Assembly (NCBI GenBank): GCA_035374585.1
Contig: DAOSPF010000002.1
Span: 565-64,564, forward strand
Direction of reading: 5' to 3'
DNA: 64,000 nucleotides
Origin: Bacteroidales bacterium
GTDB taxonomy: Bacteria; Bacteroidota; Bacteroidia; Bacteroidales; DTGW01
Part shown: positions 29,034-37,813 of the stretch, in pieces
How positions within the stretch are numbered: the stretch's first letter is position 1
How the letters are laid out: every line of letters starts with the position of its first letter
Translations under genes and position numbers: made by a program
The notes under the pieces: generated by a model
The model's database searches: none
The model's input: the letters and a program-made list of their open reading frames with translations, nothing else
Told to the model about the DNA's origin: nothing

Positions 29034-30224
29034 CTATTTAACAGGTAAAGTAAATATAAAAGAACTGCCTTTGCCTGCCTGGCTTTTTACATAAATTGAG
29101 CCACCATTTTTTTCCACAAAGTCTTTACACAAAACTAAACCTAACCCAGTTCCTTTTTCACCTTCTGTACCTTTAGTACTTTTTGTAGAAGAAACAGAAA
29201 ATATATCCTTAAGCTTTTCTTCTTCAATGCCAATCCCGTTGTCTTGTATGGTTATTTCTATCATTCCGTCTGAGGTTTTGTCAAACAATTCGATGCGTCC
29301 ACTTTGAGGGGTGTATTTTATGGCATTTGAAATTAAGTTCCGAAAAACAGTGAGGATCATTTTTTCGTCAAAAGTTGATTTGGCCTTTGGTTTAATATTA
29401 TTAATTATCTGGATATTTTTTTTGTCAGCAATCAACTTCAAATGGTTAACAGCAACTTGCGAAACATCAAATATTGATAATTCCTGACATTGAAGGCCAA
29501 ATATCCCTTTTTGAAATGCAGCCCACTCTAAAAGATTGTTGACCAATGAATATAAGTTGTTTATTGATGAAGCAAATTCGTTGAGCAAAGCTGTTTTTTC
29601 GGCAAGTACGGTTGTGCCTGAAATAGTGTTAATTAAAGAAACTAAAGCAGCCAAAGGGCCTCGAAGGTCATGGGCAATAATTGAAAGCATTAGGCTTTTA
29701 TTTTCATTAAGTTGCAATAACTGCGCGTTTTTTGACTCTAATTCATTTTGAATTTTCTTTTGAGCTGAAATGTCAAATACAATACCAACTAATTCAGCCG
29801 GCTTGTTGTTTGCATCACGTTTAACAATAATGCCACGGTCATAAAACCACTTCCACTCACCGCTTTTGCTCTTTATCCGGTATTCGCATTCATAAGCTTC
29901 ACTAACGCCATATAAGTGGTTACGCATGTTTTGCATGACCATCTCATAATCGTCAGGGTGGATTTTTGAAGTAAAAAATTCAAACCCAATTTTGTCCGGG
30001 ATTTCTTGTACACTATATCCTAAAGCTTCTACCTTTTTTGAATTAAAATGGACTTTGTTGTCTTTAACGTTCCAATGCCATTTTCCAAGGTTCCCGCTCC
30101 ATTCAAACTGAGCCTCTTCATGATATACCAATTCTTTGTTCAATTGAACCACCTGATTTTCCAGGTCCATTATTTTCTCAATAAGCTCTTCTTTTGATAA
30201 GCTGTTTAAAAGGGTTTCTTCCAT
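29034..30224 (-). CDS. cytoplasmic PAS-domain sensor histidine kinase
   Basis: Coiled coil, PAS (EYRIKSKSGEWKWFYDRG), H-box IIAHDLRGPL, intact N, G1 (QDNGIGI) and G2 (GTGLGL) boxes. Confidence 0.85.
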   Translation of the reverse strand: MEETLLNSLSKEELIEKIMDLENQVVQLNKELVYHEEAQFEWSGNLGKWHWNVKDNKVHFNSKKVEALGYSVQEIPDKIGFEFFTSKIHPDDYEMVMQNMRNHLYGVSEAYECEYRIKSKSGEWKWFYDRGIIVKRDANNKPAELVGIVFDISAQKKIQNELESKNAQLLQLNENKSLMLSIIAHDLRGPLAALVSLINTISGTTVLAEKTALLNEFASSINNLYSLVNNLLEWAAFQKGIFGLQCQELSIFDVSQVAVNHLKLIADKKNIQIINNIKPKAKSTFDEKMILTVFRNLISNAIKYTPQSGRIELFDKTSDGMIEITIQDNGIGIEEEKLKDIFSVSSTKSTKGTEGEKGTGLGLVLCKDFVEKNGGSIYVKSQAGKGSSFIFTLPVK

Positions 30225-30353
30225 AAGATTTTTGTTTTATTATCCCAAACAAATTGGAAAATGTATTCTGTAAAAAACTAGGCTAATAAACAATGTGAAA
30301 AACGATTCTTCAAGTGTGCTCTAATCAAAGATAACTAAAAAATATGGCAGAAA

Positions 30354-30605
30354 ATGACTAATTTTGAAAAAACAATATTTATGGAACGGTTAATAAATTT
30401 GCATATAGAGAAACTTCCTGAAGGATATTATCTGGCGACTTCAGATAGTATTCAAGGACTTATAGCTCAAGGAAGGACGATATCTGAGACTATTGAGATA
30501 GCTAAGGATGTTGCTAAAAAATTAATCGAAGCGCATGAAGATCAAATTTCTCAACTGGCTAAAGTAAAAGACTCTTTCGATTATCCTCTTGTTATTGGGG
30601 TCTGA
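30354..30605 (+). CDS. hicB: HicB-family antitoxin (short, UPF0150-type, no obvious DNA-binding domain)
   Basis: YLATSDSIQGLIAQGRTISETIEIAKDVAKKLIE pattern. The stop lies 1 nt before the hicA ATG. Start could be the ATG at 30381. Confidence 0.6.
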   Translation: MTNFEKTIFMERLINLHIEKLPEGYYLATSDSIQGLIAQGRTISETIEIAKDVAKKLIEAHEDQISQLAKVKDSFDYPLVIGV

Positions 30606-30606
30606 T

Positions 30607-30801
30607 ATGGGAAGGCTATCAGGATTCAGATATAGGGATATTATTCAAATACTCAAGAAATTTGGATTTGAATTTTACAGGCAAGCTGCCGGAAGCCATG
30701 AATTATGGCACAATCCTGTTACAAAAAGGTTTACAACAATACCCAATCATCCGGGAGATATGCCCGAGGGTACTTTGAGTGCTATTCTAAAACGACATTG
30801 A
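30607..30801 (+). CDS. hicA: HicA-family mRNA interferase toxin
   Basis: MGRLSGFRYRDIIQILKKFGFEFYRQAAGSHELWHNPVTKRFTTIPNHPGDMPEGTLSAILKR: typical HicA/YcfA dsRBD-like sequence with the GSH motif. Confidence 0.75.
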   Translation: MGRLSGFRYRDIIQILKKFGFEFYRQAAGSHELWHNPVTKRFTTIPNHPGDMPEGTLSAILKRH

Positions 30802-30851
30802 CGTTGATAGTTTTTTAAAGATAAAGTAAAAAGAGTTATAAAACTAAGAAG

Positions 30852-31265
30852 TTGAAGAAAGCTGCTAAGAAAGACGAATTTGACGATACCGGCCTTGAAG
30901 TAATAGGTATTGCAACATCTCTAAAAGATGTAACCCTTCTCTGGCAGCTCAACAATACATTACATTTCAAGTTTAAGTATTTTGGGGCTATAGCCCTTGA
31001 TGACAAAAATACAGATGCATTTCCATATTTCATAGATAATGAATCAAGGCAGTTTCAATATGCTTTGTTTTATAATAGGTATAAAGCTTATACTTTGGTG
31101 CCGGCATTTAAGCAAATAGACTTCTTTTTGGTTAGTTACGTAAAGCTTTATGAAGAAGAAAAAGCTGTATTGTTGAAAGACCTTAAATCGATTTCAGGAG
31201 TTTCCATAGCTATGCATCTTTCAGAACCTAAAAAGAATGCATTTGAGATTTTTTATATCCTTTAA
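30852..31265 (+). CDS. IPExxxVDY-family-like small protein (motif here VPAFKQIDF)
   Basis: VIGIATSLKDVTLLWQLNNTLHFKF ... YTLVPAFKQIDFFLV matches my recollection of the Bacteroidota IPExxxVDY family pattern. TTG start. Confidence 0.5.
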   Translation: MKKAAKKDEFDDTGLEVIGIATSLKDVTLLWQLNNTLHFKFKYFGAIALDDKNTDAFPYFIDNESRQFQYALFYNRYKAYTLVPAFKQIDFFLVSYVKLYEEEKAVLLKDLKSISGVSIAMHLSEPKKNAFEIFYIL

Positions 31266-31445
31266 AAATTTTTATCCCCCCTTTTTTTAACTCGCTGAAA
31301 ATTAAATTTTAAAAGCGTAAAAGCTACGTTTTATCAGGTTTTTAGCCAAATAATTTTCGTCAATATTTTAAAATTTGGATGAAAAAAACAGCTTTTTTTA
31401 ATTAACTTTAATATCACCTTATTCATAACTAAAACAACCCTAAAT

Positions 31446-31589
31446 ATGAAAAGAGAATTATCAAAAAATCAAAAACCTGAAGAGAGCTTCGCTTTTTCAA
31501 ACCAAAAGCGTTCATCGTTCAATCATGTCTATCAAGCATCAATCAACAGTTTTGATGAAGATTATTTTTTTGAGGTGGAGGATTTTTAA
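31446..31589 (+). CDS. candidate 47-aa small protein (MKRELSKNQKPEESFAFSNQKRSSFNHVYQASINSFDEDYFFEVEDF)
   Basis: Own translation. Only ORF in a 570-bp gap, followed 21 nt later by a good terminator. No homology recognised. Confidence 0.3.
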   Translation: MKRELSKNQKPEESFAFSNQKRSSFNHVYQASINSFDEDYFFEVEDF

Positions 31590-31610
31590 CTTTGATGTAC
31601 CCGGTATCAG

Positions 31611-31648
31611 AACAACTGCTATGGAACGATGGCAGTTGTTTTTATTTT
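31611..31648 (+). terminator. rho-independent terminator
   Basis: aacaactgc-(12 nt)-gcagttgtt followed by tttatttt. Confidence 0.6.
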
Positions 31649-31802
31649 AAGCGGCTTCCATTTTTCGAAAAACATTCATCAAAATACACAAACTTTTTTT
31701 TCAGCAATACAAAAGTTTCTATTAACAATTGTCGCCACACCTGTTTATAAATACGACTTCTAATGCCCCCCTTCTGACGTTAATACACTCAATTTTAATT
31801 TT

Positions 31803-31810
31803 TACCTTTG
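31803..31810 (+). promoter_or_regulatory. candidate -7 promoter box TAnnTTTG (TACCTTTG)
   Basis: Exact motif 23 nt upstream of the purH ATG at 31834. Confidence 0.45.
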
Positions 31811-31833
31811 TAGCAAAATAAAAATCATTCATC

Positions 31834-33360
31834 ATGACAGGGCTCAAAAAAATTAAATCTGCGTTAATTTCGGTCTATCACAAAAACCATCTTGACGAAA
31901 TTGTAAAGAAACTGCATGCTCAAGGTGTAAAACTATATTCTACCGGAGGTACAGAAGACTTCATCAAACAGCTTAATATACCTGTTACAGCTGTTGAATC
32001 ATTGACCGGATATCCTTCCATTCTTGGAGGACGCGTAAAAACTTTACATCCAAAGGTGTTTGGAGGTATTTTGGCCAGAAGGAATGAAAAAGGCGACTTG
32101 CAACAGCTTGCAGAATACGAAATTCCTGAAATTGACCTGGTAATTGTTGACCTCTATCCTTTTGAAGCAACCGTGGCCAGTGGAGCTGAACATCAGGCTA
32201 TCATTGAAAAAATTGACATTGGAGGGATCTCGCTTATCAGGGCTGCTGCCAAAAATTATGCAGATGTGCTTATTGTGGCATCACAGGCTCAGTACAAAGA
32301 CCTTCTTGATATCCTCAATGACAAAGACGGACAAAGCACTTTATCAGACAGAAAAATGTTTGCTGCTGAGGCTTTCAATATTTCGTCACATTATGACACT
32401 GCTATTTTCAATTATTTCAACAAAGAGTACAATTCAAACGTCCTTAAAGTAAGTATCCAGGAAAGCATGCCTTTGCGTTATGGCGAGAATCCTCACCAAA
32501 CCGGCGTTTTCTTTGGCGATTTCAATAAAATGTTTGAACAAATTTGTGGTAAAGAGATTTCTTATAATAATCTGCTAGACATTGACGCTGCTGTAAACCT
32601 CATCAATGAGTTTAGTGAACCTACTTTTGCCATTTTAAAACACAACAATGCTTGCGGGGTTGCTTCGCGCAGCAATATGCTCGATGCATGGAAGGATGCA
32701 CTTGCCGGCGACCCGGTTTCAGCTTTTGGGGGCATTATCATTACTAACAGGCCTATTACAAAAGAAGTTGCAGAGGGTATCAATACAATATTCTTTGAAG
32801 TGGTGATTGCTCCTGCTTATGATGCTGCAGCATTAGAGGTTTTACAATTAAAGAAAAACCGTATCATCCTTATCATAAAAGAAACCACTCTTCCTACAAA
32901 ACAAATCAGGACTGTGCTTAACGGTGTTTTGATGCAGGACAAGGACTTAAAATCAGAAAACGAAAGCGACATGCGGACTGTAACCCAGAAAGCGCCTACG
33001 GCACAAGAAATTTCTGACCTCGAATTTGCATGCAAAGTTTGTAAACATACCAAATCAAATACCATCGTTCTGGCCAAAAATAAACAACTCCTGGCAAGTG
33101 GTGTTGGACAGACTTCACGTGTAGATGCATTGAAGCAAGCTATTGTCAAGGCCGGAAGCTTTGGTTTTGACCTGAAAGGCGCTGTAATGGCTTCAGATGC
33201 TTTTTTCCCTTTTGCAGACTGCGTTGAAATTGCAAGTCAGGCTGGTATTACAGCTATAATTCAGCCTGGAGGCTCTGTACGTGACAAAGATTCTATAGAT
33301 TATTGTGACAATAACAACCTGGCTATGGTATTTACCGGAATAAGGCACTTTAAACATTAA
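31834..33360 (+). CDS. purH: bifunctional AICAR transformylase / IMP cyclohydrolase
   Basis: ALISVYHK, GGRVKTLHP, YGENPHQ, LKHNNACG, QPGGSVRD motifs. Confidence 0.95.
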   Translation: MTGLKKIKSALISVYHKNHLDEIVKKLHAQGVKLYSTGGTEDFIKQLNIPVTAVESLTGYPSILGGRVKTLHPKVFGGILARRNEKGDLQQLAEYEIPEIDLVIVDLYPFEATVASGAEHQAIIEKIDIGGISLIRAAAKNYADVLIVASQAQYKDLLDILNDKDGQSTLSDRKMFAAEAFNISSHYDTAIFNYFNKEYNSNVLKVSIQESMPLRYGENPHQTGVFFGDFNKMFEQICGKEISYNNLLDIDAAVNLINEFSEPTFAILKHNNACGVASRSNMLDAWKDALAGDPVSAFGGIIITNRPITKEVAEGINTIFFEVVIAPAYDAAALEVLQLKKNRIILIIKETTLPTKQIRTVLNGVLMQDKDLKSENESDMRTVTQKAPTAQEISDLEFACKVCKHTKSNTIVLAKNKQLLASGVGQTSRVDALKQAIVKAGSFGFDLKGAVMASDAFFPFADCVEIASQAGITAIIQPGGSVRDKDSIDYCDNNNLAMVFTGIRHFKH

Positions 33361-33375
33361 AATTTAAACATCAAC

Positions 33376-33412
33376 AAAAACGGGAATAACAAAAAGTTCC
33401 CGTTTTTGTTTT
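33376..33412 (+). terminator. rho-independent terminator
   Basis: aaaaacgggaa-(11 nt)-ttcccgttttt followed by gtttt. Confidence 0.75.
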
Positions 33413-33625
33413 CAGGAGCCCTTACTCAAAGCTTTGGTTATTGAGATTTTTAAGGGTTGTAAAATACTGAGATGAATACCAGTTACTAAAAGAATTAAAT
33501 ATTTGACAAAAATAGTTATCAACATATCCATTTTATGCCTCAAATATTTATAAATTAGCAGCCAATCATAAGTTGGTGTCGTGAGACATCAAAAAACAAT
33601 GTAACAAAAAATAAAAATTGCTGAT

Positions 33626-34648
33626 ATGGGTGTATTTTCGTTCCTTACACAGGAAATTGCAATGGATTTGGGAACCGCCAACACAATTATAATCCAGAAT
33701 GACAAAATAGTAGTTGATGAACCTTCTATAGTGGCTATCGATACAAAAACAGGGAAATTGATTGCCATTGGCGAAACAGCCCGCCAGATGCACGGGAAAA
33801 CCCATGAAAACATCAAAACCATCAGGCCGTTGAAAGATGGTGTTATTGCCGATTTTAATGCTGCCGAGCAAATGATAAGGGGGATGATTAAGCTGATAAA
33901 CAAAAAAAACCAGCTTTTCAACCCGGCATTGAAAATGGTAGTTAGTATCCCTTTGGGAAGTACAGACGTTGAAATGCGTGCAGTGCGTGACTCTGCCGAA
34001 CATGCCAACGGTCGTGAGGTATATATGATATACGAGCCTATGGCTGCAGCCCTTGGTATCGGTATTGACGTAGAAGCACCAGAAGGAAGCATGGTTGTTG
34101 ATATCGGAGGGGGAACAACAGAAATTGCCGTTATTGCCCTTGGTGGTATTGTTTGCAACCAAAGTATCCGTATTGCGGGTGATGGCTTCACGGCCGACAT
34201 TCAGGCATATATGCGCCATCAACATAATATTAAAGTAGGTGACCGTACTGCTGAGGAAATCAAGATTGGCGTAGGTTCTGCATTACCAGACCTTGACACT
34301 CCCCCTGCTGACTTTGTTGTACGAGGCCCTAACCTTATGACAGCTATGCCTATTGAAATACCTGTGTCATACCAGGAAATATCACACTGTCTGGACAAAT
34401 CATTAAGCAAAATAGAAGCTGCTTTGGTTGCTGTGCTTGAACAAACTCCTCCTGAGCTTTATGCTGATATTGTTACAAAAGGTATTTTCCTTACTGGTGG
34501 AGGAGCTCTTTTAAGAGGCCTTGACAAACGGTTGAGCGACAGGATCCAGATACCATTTCATGTTCCTGAAGATCCGTTGCACGCAGTAGCCAGAGGTACA
34601 GGTATTGCGCTTAAAAATATTGACAAATTTTCATTTTTGATGCGTTAA
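33626..34648 (+). CDS. mreB: rod shape-determining protein MreB
   Basis: Actin-fold motifs DLGTANT, VVDIGGGTTE, GIFLTGGGALLRGLD. Confidence 0.95.
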   Translation: MGVFSFLTQEIAMDLGTANTIIIQNDKIVVDEPSIVAIDTKTGKLIAIGETARQMHGKTHENIKTIRPLKDGVIADFNAAEQMIRGMIKLINKKNQLFNPALKMVVSIPLGSTDVEMRAVRDSAEHANGREVYMIYEPMAAALGIGIDVEAPEGSMVVDIGGGTTEIAVIALGGIVCNQSIRIAGDGFTADIQAYMRHQHNIKVGDRTAEEIKIGVGSALPDLDTPPADFVVRGPNLMTAMPIEIPVSYQEISHCLDKSLSKIEAALVAVLEQTPPELYADIVTKGIFLTGGGALLRGLDKRLSDRIQIPFHVPEDPLHAVARGTGIALKNIDKFSFLMR

Positions 34649-34676
34649 TAAAGTTATTATCCAGAGGCAGGTTTAT

Positions 34677-35486
34677 ATGAATGCTATTATACGCTTTATT
34701 ATTAAGCATCAGTTTGTATTGTTGTTTCTGCTTCTGGAAATTATAGCATTAGTGCTTTTTGTGCAAAATAATGGATATCAGAAAATAAAGTACCAGGCTT
34801 TTGCCCAGGACTTTGATGGCTATTTGATGCACAAACGTCACAGAATTGGGCAGTATTTTGGTTTAAAAGAAGTAAATAATAAGTTGTCTGCTGAAAATCT
34901 GATGCTGCGCAGGCAAATAGAAATGCTTAAAGCAGAGAAAGCAAACAAAGATACCGCTGTGAATTTTACCAGTTACATAGGGGCCAGAGTGATAGACAAC
35001 AGTGTTAACAAGCCTTATAATTATGTTCTTGTTGATAAAGGGGCGAAAGATGGTGTAAAGCCCGAAATGGCTGTTATTTCAAATCAGGGAGTAGTAGGTT
35101 TGGTAGCATCAGTAAGTAAAAATTATTCATTGGTAGCTTCTGTATTGAACCGCAAAATAAAAGTCAGTGCAAAGATTAAGAAAAATGGTTATTTTGGTTC
35201 GTTTGAATGGGACGGGTTAAATTACCGATATGCCTATCTGCACGATATCCCTTATCATGCTGAAGTTAAAGCTGGCGACACCATTGTTACAAGTGGTTAT
35301 TCGTTGATTTTTCCTGAAAATATCCCGGTTGGGGTGATTGATGAAGTGGATTCAACCGGGGGCAATTTTTTGAATATTCGGACAAAACTATCGGTTGACT
35401 ATAAAAAGCTTGATTTTGTATATATCATTGAGAATAATTCAAGGGCTGAGATAGAAGGATTACAGAAAAAGGGAAGCAATGATTAG
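34677..35486 (+). CDS. mreC: rod shape-determining protein MreC
   Basis: N-terminal TM, coiled coil (LSAENLMLRRQIEMLK), beta-rich C-terminus. Position after mreB. Confidence 0.85.
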   Translation: MNAIIRFIIKHQFVLLFLLLEIIALVLFVQNNGYQKIKYQAFAQDFDGYLMHKRHRIGQYFGLKEVNNKLSAENLMLRRQIEMLKAEKANKDTAVNFTSYIGARVIDNSVNKPYNYVLVDKGAKDGVKPEMAVISNQGVVGLVASVSKNYSLVASVLNRKIKVSAKIKKNGYFGSFEWDGLNYRYAYLHDIPYHAEVKAGDTIVTSGYSLIFPENIPVGVIDEVDSTGGNFLNIRTKLSVDYKKLDFVYIIENNSRAEIEGLQKKGSND

Positions 35487-35985
35487 GGTATTGACACAAA
35501 ATATTATTCTTTTTTTTACAGTCATTCTGTTACAATTGTTTGTTTTTAACCATATCCAGCTTAATGGGCTTATTATTCCTTATTTTTATGTTCTTTTATT
35601 ATTGTTGCTCCCCTTTGATATCTCAAAATCGATGTTGTTATTTGTTGGATTTGTTTTGGGTATTATTATAGACATTTTTTCATTTACTCCGGGTTTACAT
35701 GCTGCAGCCTGCACCTTTGCTGCCGCAGTAAGGCCTACTATTTTAGAGTGGTTTGCCCCTCGTGATGGATATGAGTCTGGTACATTGCCCAGAATTAGTT
35801 ATTTTGGTTTGGCTTGGTTTATAAAATATAGCTTTGTGCTTATTATGGCCCACCATATTTTTTTGTTTTTTTTAGAAGTGTCCACCTTTCATGGTTTCTT
35901 TTCAACGCTTTTCAGGGCAATAGCTAGTTCTATATTCACGTTGACGTTGGTTACCGTAAGTCAATTTTTCATTTTCCGCAAATAA
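35479..35985 (+). CDS. mreD: rod shape-determining protein MreD
   Basis: 168-aa polytopic membrane protein overlapping the mreC stop by 8 nt. Operon position. Confidence 0.7.
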   Translation: MIRVLTQNIILFFTVILLQLFVFNHIQLNGLIIPYFYVLLLLLLPFDISKSMLLFVGFVLGIIIDIFSFTPGLHAAACTFAAAVRPTILEWFAPRDGYESGTLPRISYFGLAWFIKYSFVLIMAHHIFLFFLEVSTFHGFFSTLFRAIASSIFTLTLVTVSQFFIFRK

Positions 35986-35992
35986 GCAGGAT

Positions 35993-37813
35993 ATGAACCA
36001 ATACTCTACCCGGCAGTATATTATCGCAGGCATTTTCCTTTCCGTCTTCCTCATTTTTCTTGTCCGACTTTTTTATATTCAAATAATAGACAGTACTTAC
36101 AAGTATTCTGCTGAAAATAATTCACAGAGGTACGTAACCATCTATCCTGCACGTGGGCTTATTTATGATCGGCACCACAAACTATTGGTTAGCAACAAGG
36201 CAGCGTATGATTTGATGGTAAATCCCCAGGAATTGCGTGAGTTTGATACTGCCAGTTTTTGTAAGATACTTAACATCAATAAAGAATATGTTGACAAAAC
36301 ATTAAAAAAAATTAAGGACTATTCGAAGTATAAATCTTCGCCCTTTCTTTTTCAGGTTTCAGACACAACATACGCTGAGTTGCAGGAAAAGCTTTACTTG
36401 TTTCCGGGCTTTTATGTTCAGGCGCGTACTTTGCGGCAATATCAATATCCTATAGCAGCACATTTGTTTGGATATGTAGGGGAGGTTGATTCATCTATCA
36501 TTAAAAAAAACAATTATTATCAGATGGGTGATTATATTGGGATGAGCGGGCTTGAAAAATCGTATGAAGAATATTTACGCGGGGTTAAAGGAGTTAACAT
36601 TTTACTTGTAGATGTACACAACCGGGTTAAAGGTTCTCTTCAAAATGGGAAGCTTGACAGGCCTGCTATACTTGGGAAAAACCTGGTCAGCTCTATAGAT
36701 GCCGACTTGCAAATTTATGGTGAAAAGCTGATTAAGAATTTTAGGGGAAGCATTGTAGCTATAGAACCTAAAACCGGAGAAATATTGGCTATTGTTTCTA
36801 ATCCTACTTATAATCCCAGCTTACTTGTAGGACGCGAGCGTACCAAAAACTTTATAGACTTACGAAATGACAAATCTAACCCTTTGTTTTACAGGGCTAT
36901 TATGTCAAAAAACCCTCCAGGCTCTACATTTAAGCTGCTCAATGCAATGATAGCATTGCAAACTGGAGTTGCAGTTCCTTCCACTACAATAGGTTGTTAT
37001 CATGGATATACTGCTGGCCCTGTACATGTAAACTGTCACGTACACCCCAGCCCTTTAGATATGCCCCATTCAATTCAACATTCATGTAATGCTTATTATA
37101 GTGTATTATTTCGGAAGATTATAGACGAGCAGAAGCTGCCGCGTAACCAAGCTTACGATGTTTGGCGAAAACTTATTATGTCTTTCGGGTTAGGGCAAAA
37201 AATACATACCGACATTGCCAATGAGTTAGGAGGAAATATCCCATCCAGTAATTATTACGACAAGATTTACCGCAAATCTTGGAATTCTCTTACAGTTGTA
37301 TCATTAGGCATAGGTCAGGGCGAAATAGGTTTGACGCCTTTACAATTGGCCAATGTAGCATGTGCCATTGCCAATCGGGGGTATTATTACGTGCCTCATG
37401 TGGTAAAACAGATTGAAGGTATAGATACAATTGATCAGCGATTTTTGAAGAAGAATAAAACGTTGATAAATCCTGAGTATTTTGATACTGTTATCGAGGG
37501 GATGTACATGGCTGTTAACGGGCCTGGGGGAGGGACTGCAACAGGTGCTGCGGTCAAGGGCTTAGATATATGTGGAAAGACTGGTACAGCTCAAAATCCT
37601 CACGGTGAAGACCATTCAATATTTATAGCATTTGCTCCTAAGGACAATCCCAAGATTGCCATCTCGGTATATATTGAAAATGGAGGTTTTGGAGCTACAA
37701 TAGCTGTTCCTGTTGCCAGTCTTATGATCGAAAAATACCTGACAGATTCAATTTCAAGGCCTTATTATGAGCAGTATTTAGAAACAAAGAGAATTAATTA
37801 CCCGGTAAAATGA
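35993..37813 (+). CDS. mrdA: penicillin-binding protein 2 (elongasome transpeptidase)
   Basis: SxxK (PGSTFK), SxN (SCN), KTG (GKTGTA) motifs and an N-terminal TM. Confidence 0.9.
   Translation: MNQYSTRQYIIAGIFLSVFLIFLVRLFYIQIIDSTYKYSAENNSQRYVTIYPARGLIYDRHHKLLVSNKAAYDLMVNPQELREFDTASFCKILNINKEYVDKTLKKIKDYSKYKSSPFLFQVSDTTYAELQEKLYLFPGFYVQARTLRQYQYPIAAHLFGYVGEVDSSIIKKNNYYQMGDYIGMSGLEKSYEEYLRGVKGVNILLVDVHNRVKGSLQNGKLDRPAILGKNLVSSIDADLQIYGEKLIKNFRGSIVAIEPKTGEILAIVSNPTYNPSLLVGRERTKNFIDLRNDKSNPLFYRAIMSKNPPGSTFKLLNAMIALQTGVAVPSTTIGCYHGYTAGPVHVNCHVHPSPLDMPHSIQHSCNAYYSVLFRKIIDEQKLPRNQAYDVWRKLIMSFGLGQKIHTDIANELGGNIPSSNYYDKIYRKSWNSLTVVSLGIGQGEIGLTPLQLANVACAIANRGYYYVPHVVKQIEGIDTIDQRFLKKNKTLINPEYFDTVIEGMYMAVNGPGGGTATGAAVKGLDICGKTGTAQNPHGEDHSIFIAFAPKDNPKIAISVYIENGGFGATIAVPVASLMIEKYLTDSISRPYYEQYLETKRINYPVK

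Noticed and set aside
33566-34225. Two long antisense ORFs (219 and 203 aa) opposite mreB
   Set aside because: They fully overlap the strongly motif-supported MreB frame, have odd composition with no recognisable motifs, and look like frame shadows of a conserved gene.
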